A stretch of DNA of 64,000 nt from Octopus sinensis. Taxonomy: Eukaryota. Within the stretch, counting starts at the first letter, position 1. Each line of letters begins with the position of its first letter. The stretch is taken from contig NC_043003.1 of assembly GCF_006345805.1 (NCBI RefSeq), forward strand, positions 66,278,001 to 66,342,000, written 5' to 3'. This document shows, one piece after another, positions 1 to 14,057 of the stretch. The notes under the pieces were generated by a model, which was given only the letters and a program-made list of their open reading frames with translations, was not told where the DNA came from and did no database searches. The position numbers and the translations under genes were made by a program.

Positions 1-97
1 AAGTAATTTTAAAAGATGTATACTCATATGTTGGGTTATATTTCTATTGCATGGTATTACAAAGCTAGAAATAAGAATGAGTGCGTATGTGTGTACG

Positions 98-99
<2 letters not shown>

Positions 100-169
<70 letters not shown>

Positions 170-259
170 TGCATAGATAAATATTTACATATATACATAT
201 ACATACATATACATACATACGCATATATATATATATATATACATACATATACATACATA

Positions 260-323
<64 letters not shown>

Positions 324-429
324 ATATATACATATATGCATAGATAAATATTTACATATATACATATACATACATATACATACATACGCATATATATATA
401 TATATATACATACATATACATACATACGC

Positions 430-494
<65 letters not shown>

Positions 495-562
495 TTATAT
501 ATACACACACAAATATAAATACATATATACACACACATATATATGTATAGATAGATAGATAG
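100..562. repeat. (TA)n/(TACA)n microsatellite with ~167-bp internal duplication
   Basis: CATATATGCATAGATAAATATTTAC at 164 and 331. Confidence 0.9.
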
Positions 563-889
563 ATTGCACTGCAAAATAAAGAGTAGCAGTTTGAAATTAT
601 ATACAATTTTGCAATATGGAGGATTATTTGAATTTAAAGAATTGGGTAATATATATTTTGAACAATCTTGACTCGGATACCAAACTTGCCCGTTAACTCC
701 AGCAAATTTCTAAGGCAAACTTTTCCTGATGTCTAGCTAATCAAGTTTGTTGCAGATAATTAAATTCGCGAAAATGTAACAAGTAAAAAATTTAGAAAAG
801 TCATACGTTATCTTTCAACAATTTCTAAATTATTATAAAAAAAAGAAGAAACGCTCTTCCTTTTTAAATTAGATGATAAAGTATTTTAT

Positions 890-1050
890 CTCTTATTATC
901 TCTCTGTTTATTTCCTCATATTCCTTTCTGTTGAAGAGCATAGGCTCGAAATGTAAAGGACTGTCTTACTTTCCCGAGCGTGAAACTAATACACCTGCTC
1001 GTTGTTTATACACCTGTTTTCGTCTTTTGTTTTTCTGTAAATTTCAACTA
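890..1050 (+). mobile_element. Solo pseudo-LTR of the same family with U6 HHR motif (928-960)
   Basis: Colinear with 8380-8530; CTGTTGA-A-GAGCatagGCTC-GAAAT-GTA. Confidence 0.75.
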
Positions 1051-1544
1051 TTTTAACTTTTACTTGTTTCAGCCATTAATCTGCTGCCATGCTGGAGCAC
1101 CGCCTTGAACGTGTAGTCGGATGAATTGATTTCAGTACTTTTTTTTCAAGCCCGGGACTTATTCTATCGGTCATTTTCCCGGAACAGCTAAATTACAGGG
1201 AAGCAAAAGCACCAACACTGATTGTCGATCAGTGCAGTGGGAGAACACTGGCACAAAGACACAAACAAAAAGGTAAACAAACGTACACACACGCACCCCG
1301 CCACGCACACATACATGTATACGACGGGCTTCTTTCAGATTGCGTATATCAAATCTTCTCACAAGGTTTTGGTCGGTCCGATGCTATAGCAGATGACACT
1401 TGCGCAAAGTTCCACACAGTGGGACTGAACATGGAACCTTGTGGGTGAGAAGCAAGTTTCGTACTGGGGGGGGGGTTGACACAATACAAAGCACGGCAAA
1501 ATTTATGACGGCAAAATTAACCAGTCATTATTTTCAAATACTTA

Positions 1545-1985
1545 AGGCGGCGAGCTGGAAGAAACGTTAGGATGCCGAGCGAAATGCTTAGCGGTGGTAT
1601 TTCGTCTGTCTTTACATTCTGAGTTCAAATTCCGCCGAGACCGACTTTGCGTTTCATCCTTTCGGAATCTATAAATTAAGAACCAGTTGCGTACTGGGGT
1701 CTATCTAATCGACTGGCCCGCTCTCCAAAAATTTCGGGCCTTGTGCCTAGAGTAGAAAAGAATATTTAAGGCGGTGAGCTGGCAAAAACGTTAGCACGCC
1801 GGACGAAATGCTTAGCGATATTTCAACTCTGTTTACGTTCTGAGTTCAAATTCTACTGAGGTCGACTTTGCTTTTCATTCTTCCGGAGGTCAATATTTTA
1901 AGTACCAGTTGCGTACTCCGGGTCGATCTTATAGACTGGCCTCCTCTCTGCAAAAAATATCCTGCCTTGAGCTAGAGTAGAGAAT
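1545..1985 (+). mobile_element. Tandem pair of tRNA-derived Meta-domain-like SINEs
   Basis: GGCGGCGAGCTGG head, B box GAGTTCAAATTC, GACTTTGCCTTTCATCCTTTCGGGGTCGATAAA-type central domain; single copies also near 2100(-), 3946, 19100(-), 20345, 40127, 42789, 50250(-). Confidence 0.85.
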
Positions 1986-3518
1986 ATTATTTCCTAATAT
2001 ATATATTTGAAGTCAAAGGCTCGATAAAATTTACATTTATACCATTCATGGAGCTTATAGATTCATTGAGTTGCTCTTTCCTTATAATCCCTAAAAAAGA
2101 GCTTGGGTGAGGTGGGGATGAGTCGATTACATCGACCCCAGTGTTTCACTGGTACTTGTTTAATCGACTACAAAACGATGAAAGGCAAAGGCGACCCCGG
2201 CTAACGATTCTGCCAGCACGCCATGTTAACGCGAATTTTAATAATGACATCTATTAATTCGAATATGTGGTCCCAAATATTAGGTTTTGATGTAGTTTTA
2301 TATTTTAATGCAAAGTTTTTTAAATTTTATTATGGGTTGCTTTTGTCCAACCGTTAAGACAAGGAGGTATTAAAAAACCAACATCGGTTGTCAAGTGGTA
2401 AGATGACAAACACAGACACAAATACACACACATGCATTATGATACGCACGCGCACACGAACATACACATATACAGACATATATGCTCCACACAAATTCAC
2501 ACACACAAGGTATCCCGGCTGTACAGCAGAAAATACTTGCTCACAGTGTTGCGCAGTGGTACCGAACCGGATTTCTTTACCGCTGATCGAATTGCCCTCC
2601 CACTCATTTTGGACGCGTATGATTACATTTGCCAATATGCCCGTCCTTCTATCGAAATCATTTAGTGCGATTTGAGGGAATTGGATGGTTATTTTTAGCA
2701 GGTCAATTGAACAAATAGAATGTTCGTTAAGTCGATTCTCGATGTGTAATCAGAGAATCTGTCCATTCAAACAACCAGTTAGATTTAGAGTTCAAGAATT
2801 TATTTCAAGAAACATGAGAAAGAGCAGTACCACAACAAAAGAAAACAAGAACAAACAAGAAGAAATAACAACCACAACAAAAACACGAAGAACATACGGA
2901 ATAGCTTTATTTAAGAGGGTATTTGATACAATACCATGATTCTGATCAGGCAAAAGTGCCAAATGATTTTACCAATGAGATCATAAACATTTACATACCA
3001 TATCATATACAAAGTGGTATAGTTTTATATATGAAACATGTAATAGAAAGACAATGACCTTACAGTTAAGGTAATTGTATCCGTATATATTAACGATTAC
3101 TTTCAGAGATAGTGTGTCTTTCCGAAATTCGGAGTTAAAATATTGCTATAAGTATGTAGTGCAGAGCTCATAAAGTAAATTTATAGGCTCGGATGTATTC
3201 AAATCGTGTTTCTTTTCATTAAGATTGCTTGATTGGAAACGAGATTAAAGGCAATTCTACTTGTATCCATAAATCTAGATGGAAATTGCAGAAGATATGT
3301 CTGAAGTGCGACAGAGTGCTAGAAAATGTTTTGCATACACGTCCGGTTAATTTAGCTTTTGCTGGTCAATAACGCGAAATATCAATTTAATAATCAGCAG
3401 CAGCCGCAGCAGATACGTCTTGAATAGCATCAGTTGGACATGAAGCTTGGTATATCATCATCATCGTCATCATCATCATCACCACAATCATTACAATCAT
3501 TTTCCATAGTTTTCGCCG

Positions 3519-3554
<36 letters not shown>

Positions 3555-3889
3555 CCGTTGTCATCGTCGTTCTCCTCCCCTTCCCCTTCCACTTCCTCCT
3601 ACTCATCTTGATCATCATCATCATCATCATCATCATCGTCATCATCACTATCATCATCATCATTATCATCATCTTCATCATCATTATCAACAACAACAAC
3701 AGCAATTCACTGAAGAAATTACTAATGACTTTATCATGAATATTAATGTTAGCAGTGTTTATTTAATACCGCTACTAGTATTACTATTTTCTTCATTAGT
3801 GTTGTTGTTTTTGTTGTTGTTGTCGTCGTCATTATCCTTCTCCTCCCTCTCTCCCCTCCTCCTCATCGTCATCCTCATCATCATCATCA

Positions 3890-3940
<51 letters not shown>

Positions 3941-4239
3941 GTGAACGCGGTGATCTGACAGAATCAGTTAGCACGGCGGGCGAAATGCTTGGTTTTCGGT
4001 CTTTACGTTCTCAGTTCAAATTCGGCCGAAGTCGTCCGTGCTTTTCATCCTTTCAGGGTTGATAAGATAAGTACGATATAATCAACTTACGCCCCACTCC
4101 GAAATTGCTGCCCTTGTGCCAAACTTAACATTATTATTATTGTTGTTGTTGTTGCTGTTTTTTTTATTGTTGTTATTATCATATTATCATATGAAACTGA
4201 CCATATAATTCCGTGCAGAGTACAGTATCCTCTCTCTCT

Positions 4240-7060
4240 CTCTCTCTCCTTGGCTATTCGTTATCGGAATTAATAAGCACTCTCAAATCCATTTTTGGTA
4301 AATCCCACGTCCACCGTTACACCTGTTTTTGTAAATCCCAAGTCCACCTTTTCACTTGTTAATGGGGAGCCTGTGTACGTTCGCCTTAGGGTGCTAGACA
4401 CTAAGCAATGTCATTTTCTTTCGGGTTGTGCGATCGAGTTCGTTAATCTCCGCTTATGTCCATTTCGGGATGGGTGCACTATAGTGGATTACAGCAACAG
4501 CCCATATGTTGATGGCAGTCGCAAGGTTCCTTAAGTTCAGTTTTGAGAAGTTTGTGACGCTTCAAATATGCAGTAATGACCTTGTCTTTCATTTCTTTGC
4601 ACGAGATATTCTCCAGCTCCAGTATCCCTATTGTACCCATCAGCATCCGGGTCTTCTCTCTCCGTTTGGCAATTATATGCCCTTGCAATTTCTTTTTTCC
4701 TCCGTTTCAAAGGGAGCACCGCACACTTTGAGATACTGAACTCCATCCTAATATCCATCTCTGTATCCAATCCTATATCGTTACTGCAAATCTGTACAGT
4801 CTCAACCAGCCACTCTATTTCAGACTCGGTCTTTGAGAACAGTTTTAAATCATTCATGAAGAGAAGGTGGTTTGAGACGAGGACCATTCTTACTCAGCTC
4901 ATAGTGTGCGGGGTCAAGGCTATAAAAATTACAGACGTGAACAAGAGTCTCCTTGAAAGATACCTCTTTGATTGTTACCTCGGCTAAATGCGGGTTGTTA
5001 AGAAGTATTTTCCAACTAGACATGTTTTCCAATCAGGCGTGCTGTTCCTAATCAGTGTCCATACGTTCACAGCTATTCCGCACATGTCGTGTGTTTCCAA
5101 AATCCACAAATGCGGCAGCAAGTTGTAAGCTATATGAAAGTCTATCCAGGCCATACACAAGCTATTTTGGTACCGTTTGTAGTTCTTCATTACAACTTTG
5201 TATATCACAAAGTGGTCTTTGTTGCCCTTGAATCCTTTTCGGCATCCTTTTTTGTTCTATTGGAAGTAGATTCTCCTGCAAGGAACGTATATTTTTTTCC
5301 TGCGTGGATGCCTATTAGTTCTTTCTGTAGGAAGGTAAGGCAAGCAATGGGTCGATAATTCCCATCCTGGGCGGACTTTGACCGATTTCCATCAACAATG
5401 TTGTTTTTTCCTCTATTATCTACTCCGGAACAAGACTCTGTAGGCAATTGACTAATTGTAACGCAATTCGCTTGTGTGTTGACTTAAACTACTTGAGCCA
5501 GTAGCCTTGAATTCCGTCTGGTCCTGCCGCTTTCCAATTTGGCAGTTTTGATACCTGTGCAATTACATCTTCTGTTCTTATGTGCAAATGGGCCAGTCGT
5601 GGAACATCTGGGTGATGCATTTCGCATCTCATGGAATTAATCCACTCAGCACCAGGATTATGGGAAACTTCTTGCCCCCAGATTTTATTCCAACATTGGT
5701 GAATTTCCTCTGCTTCAGGTGGTATTCTATCTTCTGTATATCTTCTAAGCTCTTACGAAATTGCCTCTGGTTATTTCAGAATAACCTGTTTTCCTGGAAC
5801 TGTGATAGCTCATCCGTGTAGCGTTGCACCTTTCATGTTTTTTTCCCGCTCACGTTGATTTAGGGTGTCGGTAACAGTTTTGAACCCTTTCTTTTCTATT
5901 TGGTATTTGGTGTCAAGATGCCCTTTCACGTTTTTTTAGCATTTTTCCATTGCCCTTCGGACCATTCTTCTAAGCGACTCAGACCTTTACGCAAAGTTTT
6001 AATATCGCCTTCAATTCTCCACTTCCACAATGCCTCTTTCTGTCCGCCTGCTTTCTTCTCTTTCTTTCCAAACAGTTCATCTACTAAAATTGAAGCGCAT
6101 ATGATCTAGTCCTTTGTCTCCGTTAGATCTTTTGTTAGAATGTTTTCAGAATCCCATCAACCTTTTGGGTCAGGCGTTTCACTTCGTCACAAAGTCGAAG
6201 CTTCTCAAATTCACTGGTTTGGTCATTGTTCTAGTAACTATTATATCCTCGGGTCTTATCCTGAGGTCTTTCTGTTCCTAGGTCATATCCTTTTGTAATA
6301 CAGGGTTCTCCACATTATATTGATTGGCCGGCCTCTTCTCTACTACAACTTCACCTCGTCGACACATTCACTGATCATCGCCTACATTATCCTTCTCCGG
6401 GTTATTATCATGACTGGGACTTTCCTGATTTTCTGAATCTGGGCCTCATTACGAAGGCCTCTATTCCGAATTATTCTTATCTTATCCATGAGTCCATTTT
6501 CAGTAATCTGGAACATACCCACCTGGTTCCAAATTTCTATTGATCTTTTTCCGACAGCTTTCTTATCTAGCTAGGATTGTTCATGGCACACTTAATTGCT
6601 TTTTTATTCATATCAACGGATCACTTCCGTTTGCAAACACGTTGCATACTTTGACCAGTAAAAGACTACGACCATCTGGAGTTTTGTCTTCCGCTTCATT
6701 GCCCTCTGAGGGGCCCGCACCGGACGCGAAAGATCTAGTGTCTTGGACATCCAGAGGAGTCTTCCCTTTCATACTGTTATTTGGGATTGAATTTGTCATC
6801 ATTGCAAAGAATAAGAATGATTTCTTATCGGATTTGCTCCTTGGGTGTGTTTATTTGAGATCTTCATGTAAAGGGTTACTCCAAATAAAATACCAGCTTT
6901 CACTTAGCTGCCGACAAAGACTTTGGGACGCCAAGTTCGCTCTACATAACTTACTGCAGGTCTCCCACAGATTCAAAAGTTACACCGGCCTATTCAGGGC
7001 AGGGATGGCACCAATTCCCCGCGCTCTTCACATGGACAGCCGCATACAGAATTACACTAT
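4240..7060 (-). mobile_element. Degenerate R4/Dong-clade LINE (5' UTR, N-terminus, RT; 3' part largely deleted)
   Basis: WKAAGPDGIQGYWLK, NYRPIACL, MAWIDFHIAYNLLPHLWI, HLLFMNDLKL, MEFSISKCA spread over frameshifted ORFs. Confidence 0.85.
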
Positions 7061-7390
7061 CTAATCTGTTCTTCCTATGCTATGTTACCCTATGTAATCT
7101 GTCCTTCCTCTGCTATGTTAGGTGTGATTTGAAAAATATGTAACTACTCTTCCTTTTTGTTCCATTTCACATCCCTGTTTCTCTTATTTAGGTCTAAAAA
7201 TGGTTGTAGTAGGTGGATTGATGTGGACGGTCTGTATTTTGTTTGGTTTGATGAGGAAAAAATGGATGTAATGTGTGTCTGTGGTAGTATGTTTGTGGTA
7301 GAGTGGCTGTGTAGCGTACTGGGTAATGTTTGTACTGAGGGCTTTTATATTGTCTGTGGCTGTTGTTGTTTGGGTTAAATTGATTTTTCA

Positions 7391-8672
<1,282 letters not shown>

Positions 8673-8712
8673 TATATATATATATATATATAAATAGCAA
8701 CGTGTCTTGTGA

Positions 8713-9089
8713 AGGCGCGTGGCTCAGTGGTTTAGAGCGTCGAGCTTACGATCGTGAGGTTGTGAGCTCGAATCCCGGACCGGGCTGCGTGTTGTGTCTT
8801 GAGCAAGACACTTTATTTGTTGGTCTTGCTATTTGCTTTTGAGCCAAATTAACTAACATTTCACGTTGCTCCAGTTCACTCAGCTGTAGAAATGAGTTGC
8901 GACGTCACAGGTGCCAAGCTGTATTGGCCCTTGCTTTCTCTTGGAGAACATCGGTGACGTGGAGAGGGGAGGTCGGTATGCATGGGCGACTGCTGGTCTT
9001 CCATAAAACAACCTTGCCCAGACTTGTGCCTCAGAGGGTAACTCTCTTGGTGCAAACTCATGGTCAGTGTCTGACCGAAGGGGGTCACC
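8713..9089 (+). mobile_element. tRNA-derived SINE, third family
   Basis: TGGCTCAGTGG A box, GCTCGAATCCC B box, TCTTGAGCAAGACACTTT motif; related decayed copies ~38440-38610(+) and ~50530-50838(-). Confidence 0.8.
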
Positions 9090-9122
<33 letters not shown>

Positions 9123-9128
9123 TAATAT

Positions 9129-9160
<32 letters not shown>

Positions 9161-9245
9161 CATATATATATACATACATACATACATATATATATATTTA
9201 TACATATTATATATATATACATATATATACATATATATATATGCA

Positions 9246-9317
<72 letters not shown>

Positions 9318-9563
9318 TATATATATATATATATTATATATATATATATAATTATGTGAAATAGAAAGATGAATAATCCTGTAGTAGATCAATCAAAAGT
9401 TTAACCGATACCTTAGTAGCAAAAATCACAGCAGTAAACAGCACGGTTGGAGGTACAACCATCTGGCGTTGCAACCGTGCGTTGGTGCGGATAATTGAAA
9501 TTAAAACATTATTGGTGAATTGAAGAAATGGAGCTGAACGCAGATTGAACAGAAATCGTTTTA

Positions 9564-9652
9564 TTTCATTCTACACGTGTTTCGAAAGGCACAAATTACC
9601 AAAATCCGATTGAATAATGGGACCATATTGTGTCTTTCTCTTCAGGAAGGAA
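9564..9652 (-). ncRNA. Second copy of the same hammerhead in the inverted pseudo-LTR
   Basis: Reverse complement of 11512-11600; core and stems II/III identical. Confidence 0.8.
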
Positions 9653-10917
9653 AAAGGAAATCCGTTGGAAAAACAAAAACAGAACAGAGGCGGAGCAAAA
9701 ACAAATCGAACTATGCTCCTAAGAGCATTAACATTTTAAGTAAGGACGGGAGCGCGGCGGATGCCGGGGTAGTCGCTCCCGCATTTAATTTAGCGAACAA
9801 GGATAATTATCGGTCCGGGAGGTCTTACACTAACCCAAGACCCGTTATTCATCCGAGAATCACCCACCCGAATGCGAGAGGTGGCGTCCCGACCCATCAC
9901 ACTGATAGGAATAAGCATATATGGTTTGTAATCCCCTTTCGTAAGCAGATTAGAACTAACCTCCCCCTCATGTTTAGACAAGCCATCGCCAATAACTTCC
10001 CCAGAAATTCCAAATATTACTCCACGGTTAACTCGCATAAAGTTAGGATAGCTTTCTCCAACACTAAAAACCTCGCCCAGATAATCGCCTCCCATAATAA
10101 TAGGCTACTTACTAAGACCCTATCACCTTTTTCCGGAGGCACAGCCTCTTCCGCTCCCGGTTTAATGCTCAGTAGGAATAGTAGTAATAATGATATGAGA
10201 GCCAGTACAGTGACACATAATCTCAGCTCCAGCCAGGGAGTACCCACTAGGGGTATAGTTATAAATAGGGGTGTTGTGGTTGACGGTAACAATGGGAGTA
10301 GGGTAGAGAGCCCCAATAGCATCCCCAGCATCATTTCCCGCAATAGCAGCACCACGGGCAGTAGCAATGACAGCACTCTGATAGATAGTGGAGAATCAGG
10401 GGTTATTCCTATAGTTAATAGTGACGTAGTGGAAAATAGAGTAGTAAGCGGCTGCAGGTCTCGGAACGAATATAGTGACAGGAACGCAGTTCTAATTTCA
10501 GAAACTAATCCTAGCAGAATAAGATTCACGTCGGCGAACTCCAAGATCAAAAACGCCGTCTACCAATGCAAGGTTTACACGGACTCAGATGTCTTCACTT
10601 ATGTAGGGGCATCATCCTCAAGATTGTCTTTGCGTGTCTCCAACCATTACGCAACTTTTCGGGACATGAACAAGCGCCAGACCACGGGACTCAGTAAGCT
10701 AATATGGCGACTGAAGGATACGAACTTAAGCTATAGGCTGGAACGGTCAATTTTGTCGGTGGCCCTCCCATTTAATAGGGGCAGAAGACAGTGCAACCTT
10801 TGTGTCTCCGAACTCTTCCATATTTTGTTTGCCAGAGGCCGGATGGTAAACGGGCTCTTACAGTCGGCTTTTCGATGCCCCCATTGGCGGCGTTACACTT
10901 ATCTGGCTTTTAAATAG
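9577..10917 (+). CDS. PLE RT-thumb/linker plus C-terminal GIY-YIG endonuclease; first ~50 aa are antisense pseudo-LTR, true PLE coding part starts ~9727
   Basis: IWFVIPF..IRTN....F...I...FP....Y..VNSHKVRIAFS...NL..II.SHN thumb motif; AVYQC..YVG......R...H...F..T.LS..IW.LK..CNLC..E..CPH endonuclease motif. Confidence 0.85.
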   Translation: MFRKAQITKIRLNNGTILCLSLQEGKRKSVGKTKTEQRRSKNKSNYAPKSINILSKDGSAADAGVVAPAFNLANKDNYRSGRSYTNPRPVIHPRITHPNARGGVPTHHTDRNKHIWFVIPFRKQIRTNLPLMFRQAIANNFPRNSKYYSTVNSHKVRIAFSNTKNLAQIIASHNNRLLTKTLSPFSGGTASSAPGLMLSRNSSNNDMRASTVTHNLSSSQGVPTRGIVINRGVVVDGNNGSRVESPNSIPSIISRNSSTTGSSNDSTLIDSGESGVIPIVNSDVVENRVVSGCRSRNEYSDRNAVLISETNPSRIRFTSANSKIKNAVYQCKVYTDSDVFTYVGASSSRLSLRVSNHYATFRDMNKRQTTGLSKLIWRLKDTNLSYRLERSILSVALPFNRGRRQCNLCVSELFHILFARGRMVNGLLQSAFRCPHWRRYTYLAFK

Positions 10918-11511
10918 CGTTTATAAATAATACCGGCACCCATAGCCCTTGGTAACAAATTCTGAAATAGCCTTTAAGATATCTACGATTAACCACTGCA
11001 AGGGGAATTACTCCTGTAAGACAAACGGGGCTTGGTTTTTTCACAGCGGGGGGTTTCCTTGACAAGGCAGGCTTAGATGAACACACACACACATAAAACA
11101 TAATATATATATATTTTTTTTCTTTCTGCCACCCAACGGTTATCACGGCAGTAGCCACTGACAGCCGAACGATCAAACGCACACACGTACACAAAAAATG
11201 TTTTCTACCCCTACGCCAACACACACATATATAGAACAGTATACACACACACACGTCTCTAAGTAGATTTTTTCTCGCCCCTTATAAAACATACAATATT
11301 CCTTAAATAGTCAGAACTTTATTCTCGGTCACAAAGAACATCTATACACCCTCACCCACATGATTGACCGATGCCTGACCCGTTGAATTCTTCAGCCACC
11401 GGTTCTCAACATACACTGATAAACAGTTTCGCCATGGGCTCTTAGGAGCATAGTTCGATTTGTTTTTGCTCCGCCTCTGTTCTGTTTTTGTTTTTCCAAC
11501 GGATTTCATTT

Positions 11512-11600
11512 TTTCTTCCTGAAGAGAAAGACACAATATGGTCCCATTATTCAATCGGATTTTGGTAATTTGTGCCTTTCGAAACACGTGTAGAATGAAA
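11512..11600 (+). ncRNA. Canonical minimal type-I hammerhead ribozyme in PLE pseudo-LTR
   Basis: TTTCTTC-CTGAAGA-GAAAGACACAA...TTGTGCCTTTC-GAAAC-ACGT-GTA-GAATGAAA: intact core, long stem II, palindromic stem III ACACGTGT, GUA cleavage triplet, stem I pairs. Confidence 0.85.
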
Positions 11601-11661
11601 TAAAACGATTTCTGTTCAATCTGCGTTCAGCTCCATTTCTTCAATTCACCAATAATGTTTT

Positions 11662-11740
<79 letters not shown>

Positions 11741-12379
11741 GTGTGCCGAATAGGACAAAGAAATGAACGAATTTACCGATTCCTCTCTGATGAACATCTC
11801 CACTAACACAAAGAGGACCATCACAAACACGATAAGCTTTACAAGAAAGGATAACATGAACTTCAATATATATATTACAAATGATTGAATCTTATATTAA
11901 AACTTAATTAAAATGAGTTCTATGCTGCAATATTGCACAGCAAAGCATAAGAAAATAAAAGCTAAAAAGTACAATGTATTTCAATATTTAAATTCCTACA
12001 TTCCTGTTTGAATAGAAATCCTACAAGAAGGGTTTCGTAGTTCATTCACTTAAATCTTTCCCTAATATGTACTTATCTTTCATAGTATAACATGAAATTG
12101 TCCAAATATATAATTGTTTATTTTGTGTAAGTTTTTAAAAGTGCATTTTGGTTGAGATGTAAAAAAAAAGCAATACATGTACCGCTCGTCTTTCCTAAAT
12201 GAATTAATGAAACACAATTCGTAATGTTTATTCGGGTATCAAAACTCAAAGCTACATAACTGGTTTCGTTAAGGCTGAAGATTATCGTACTTTAAGAAAA
12301 CAATAACTTGGAAATTAAGAATTTGTGTGTGCTTGTGTGCGTGTATGAAGAGATGCAGATGGCTAGCTAGCTAGGGAGT

Positions 12380-12651
<272 letters not shown>

Positions 12652-12687
12652 CTGATTGGTAGAGAGGTTGATAGAGAGACAAAATAC

Positions 12688-12878
12688 CTGTGTTTTATGG
12701 AGAGCAATGATATATTGTGCTTTCATGTTTGTTTCAAACCCACCAGCGATTGAAATGCAGACGGTTTCAACTGCACAAAGGAAGCAAGCTGCAGTATAAT
12801 TTTGACGGTTACGTAAATCTTCTTCAAAGAAAACTTCCAACATATATGTCAAATTAATGTAATATTCTCCATGGAAAT
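12688..12878 (-). CDS. Candidate exon 3 (191 nt; [64 protein letters not shown])
   Basis: Acceptor gttttgtatAG, donor CAG|GTATTT; phase 1 in (G+AT=Asp); 63 open codons of complex non-repetitive sequence; overlaps track ORF 12379..12852. Confidence 0.65.
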
Positions 12879-13859
12879 CTATACAAAACTATTAGTGTAA
12901 AGTTATTAAAATGTCAGAATTAATCGAGATTTTAAAATTTTGTTAACGGGTAGGATTTTGGGTTAGCCATGGCAGCTACACATCTGTTAGTTTTGTTTGA
13001 TATATGCCTCGAAACATGAAAAAAATGTTAATTCATCACAAACTTAATTAAAAGTTAAATACGGAATTAATTTAATATAGAATTATGGTTGAAGGGGAAA
13101 ATATGTAAGGCGAAACTCAGTCGAAATTGTGACTCGTGTATGCTTACCTGTGATTTGTCATATAAATTCGTTCGTTTTCTGTTTTCTTTTTTCTTTCTTT
13201 TTTTGTCTTGTTTCTCACTGACGAATTTAACAAATCAGTAAATGATATGTTCTCGTTTATTTTTCACAACTTCTTTCGAACCTTCCATTCCCTTGTCAAT
13301 GTCTTGATTAAAGAAATAATCGTGTCTTGACGCTAAGAATTCAAGCCATATTTCCAGCTCAGCTTCCTTATTGAATGAAACGATCGCTGGAGAGCGAGTG
13401 AAAATAACAAACGTAATAACCTAAATGTACCATGTCGGGAAAATACGGTGTGTGTTATAGAACAACTTACAAACAGGGTTCTTAATTAACCCTCAGCGTT
13501 TTTGTATTGAAGAAGATGGTACTCAATCGAAGTGTATCTGTAAAGAGGTAAAATTCATTGAAAGTTATAAAACGCGAAACAAAACTTGTAAAGAAATATG
13601 AGAGTTGAAAGAAACAACCATAAAATCTACGATTAGCGCAGGTGTAGCAGCAGTGTGGTAAGAAGCTTGCTCTCCAACCACTTTAATCTCTTGTTCAGTC
13701 CCACTGCGTGGCGCCTTCAGTAGGTCTCTTCTACAATATGCACTGGACCAAGACCAACACGTAGTCAGTGGATTAGGTAGACGGAAACTAGAATAAACCT
13801 GTCTTAAATCCACACACAGACACACACACTCACACACATATGTATATATATGTATATAT

Positions 13860-14048
13860 CACGATTGACCGCTAACTCCCAAAGTTTTTTATTCTCTTTC
13901 TGTATATTTGCTCGTGTTTCTTTCTGTTGAAGAGCGTAGGCTCGAAATGTAATAGACTTTCTCACTTTCCCGAGCGTCAAAACTAATACACCTGCTTGTT
14001 GTTTACATACCTGTCTTTATCTTTTGCTTTTCTGTAAATTTCATCTAT
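13860..14048 (+). mobile_element. Solo pseudo-LTR with U6 HHR motif (13924-13955)
   Basis: CTGTTGAAGAGCGTAGGCTCGAAATGTA plus shared cccgagcgt..aactaatacacctg tail. Confidence 0.75.
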
Positions 14049-14057
14049 ATATATGTG

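Larger units (their letters stand above)
9350..11661 (+). mobile_element. Young 5'-truncated Penelope-like element with inverted pseudo-LTR copy at its 5' end (possibly Naiad-like clade)
   Basis: Inverted repeat 9503-9726 vs 11438-11661 with 2 mismatches seen; GIY-YIG ORF; HHR in each repeat; (TA)n on both flanks. Confidence 0.9.

Noticed and set aside
3200-3318. Possible further exons of the minus-strand gene (also ~640-732 and 21653-21712)
   Set aside because: Weak splice sites or incompatible phase
6900-7060. HDV-like ribozyme expected near the 5' end of the R4-type LINE
   Set aside because: Could not build the nested double pseudoknot by eye; needs a motif search
9790-10550. Antisense ORFs 9790..10095 and 10017..10550
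   Set aside because: Shadow frames of the PLE ORF with no recognisable motifs
10918-11437. SECIS element in the PLE 3' UTR
   Set aside because: No convincing AUGA/AA/GA stem and no in-frame UGA in the ORF
11342-11587. 81-aa ORF sharing its N-terminus with 9577..10917
   Set aside because: Consequence of the inverted pseudo-LTR, not a paralogous gene
11787-11830. CTGATGA at 11787, and similar cores near 15377(-) and 58280(-)
   Set aside because: No stem II followed by GAAA
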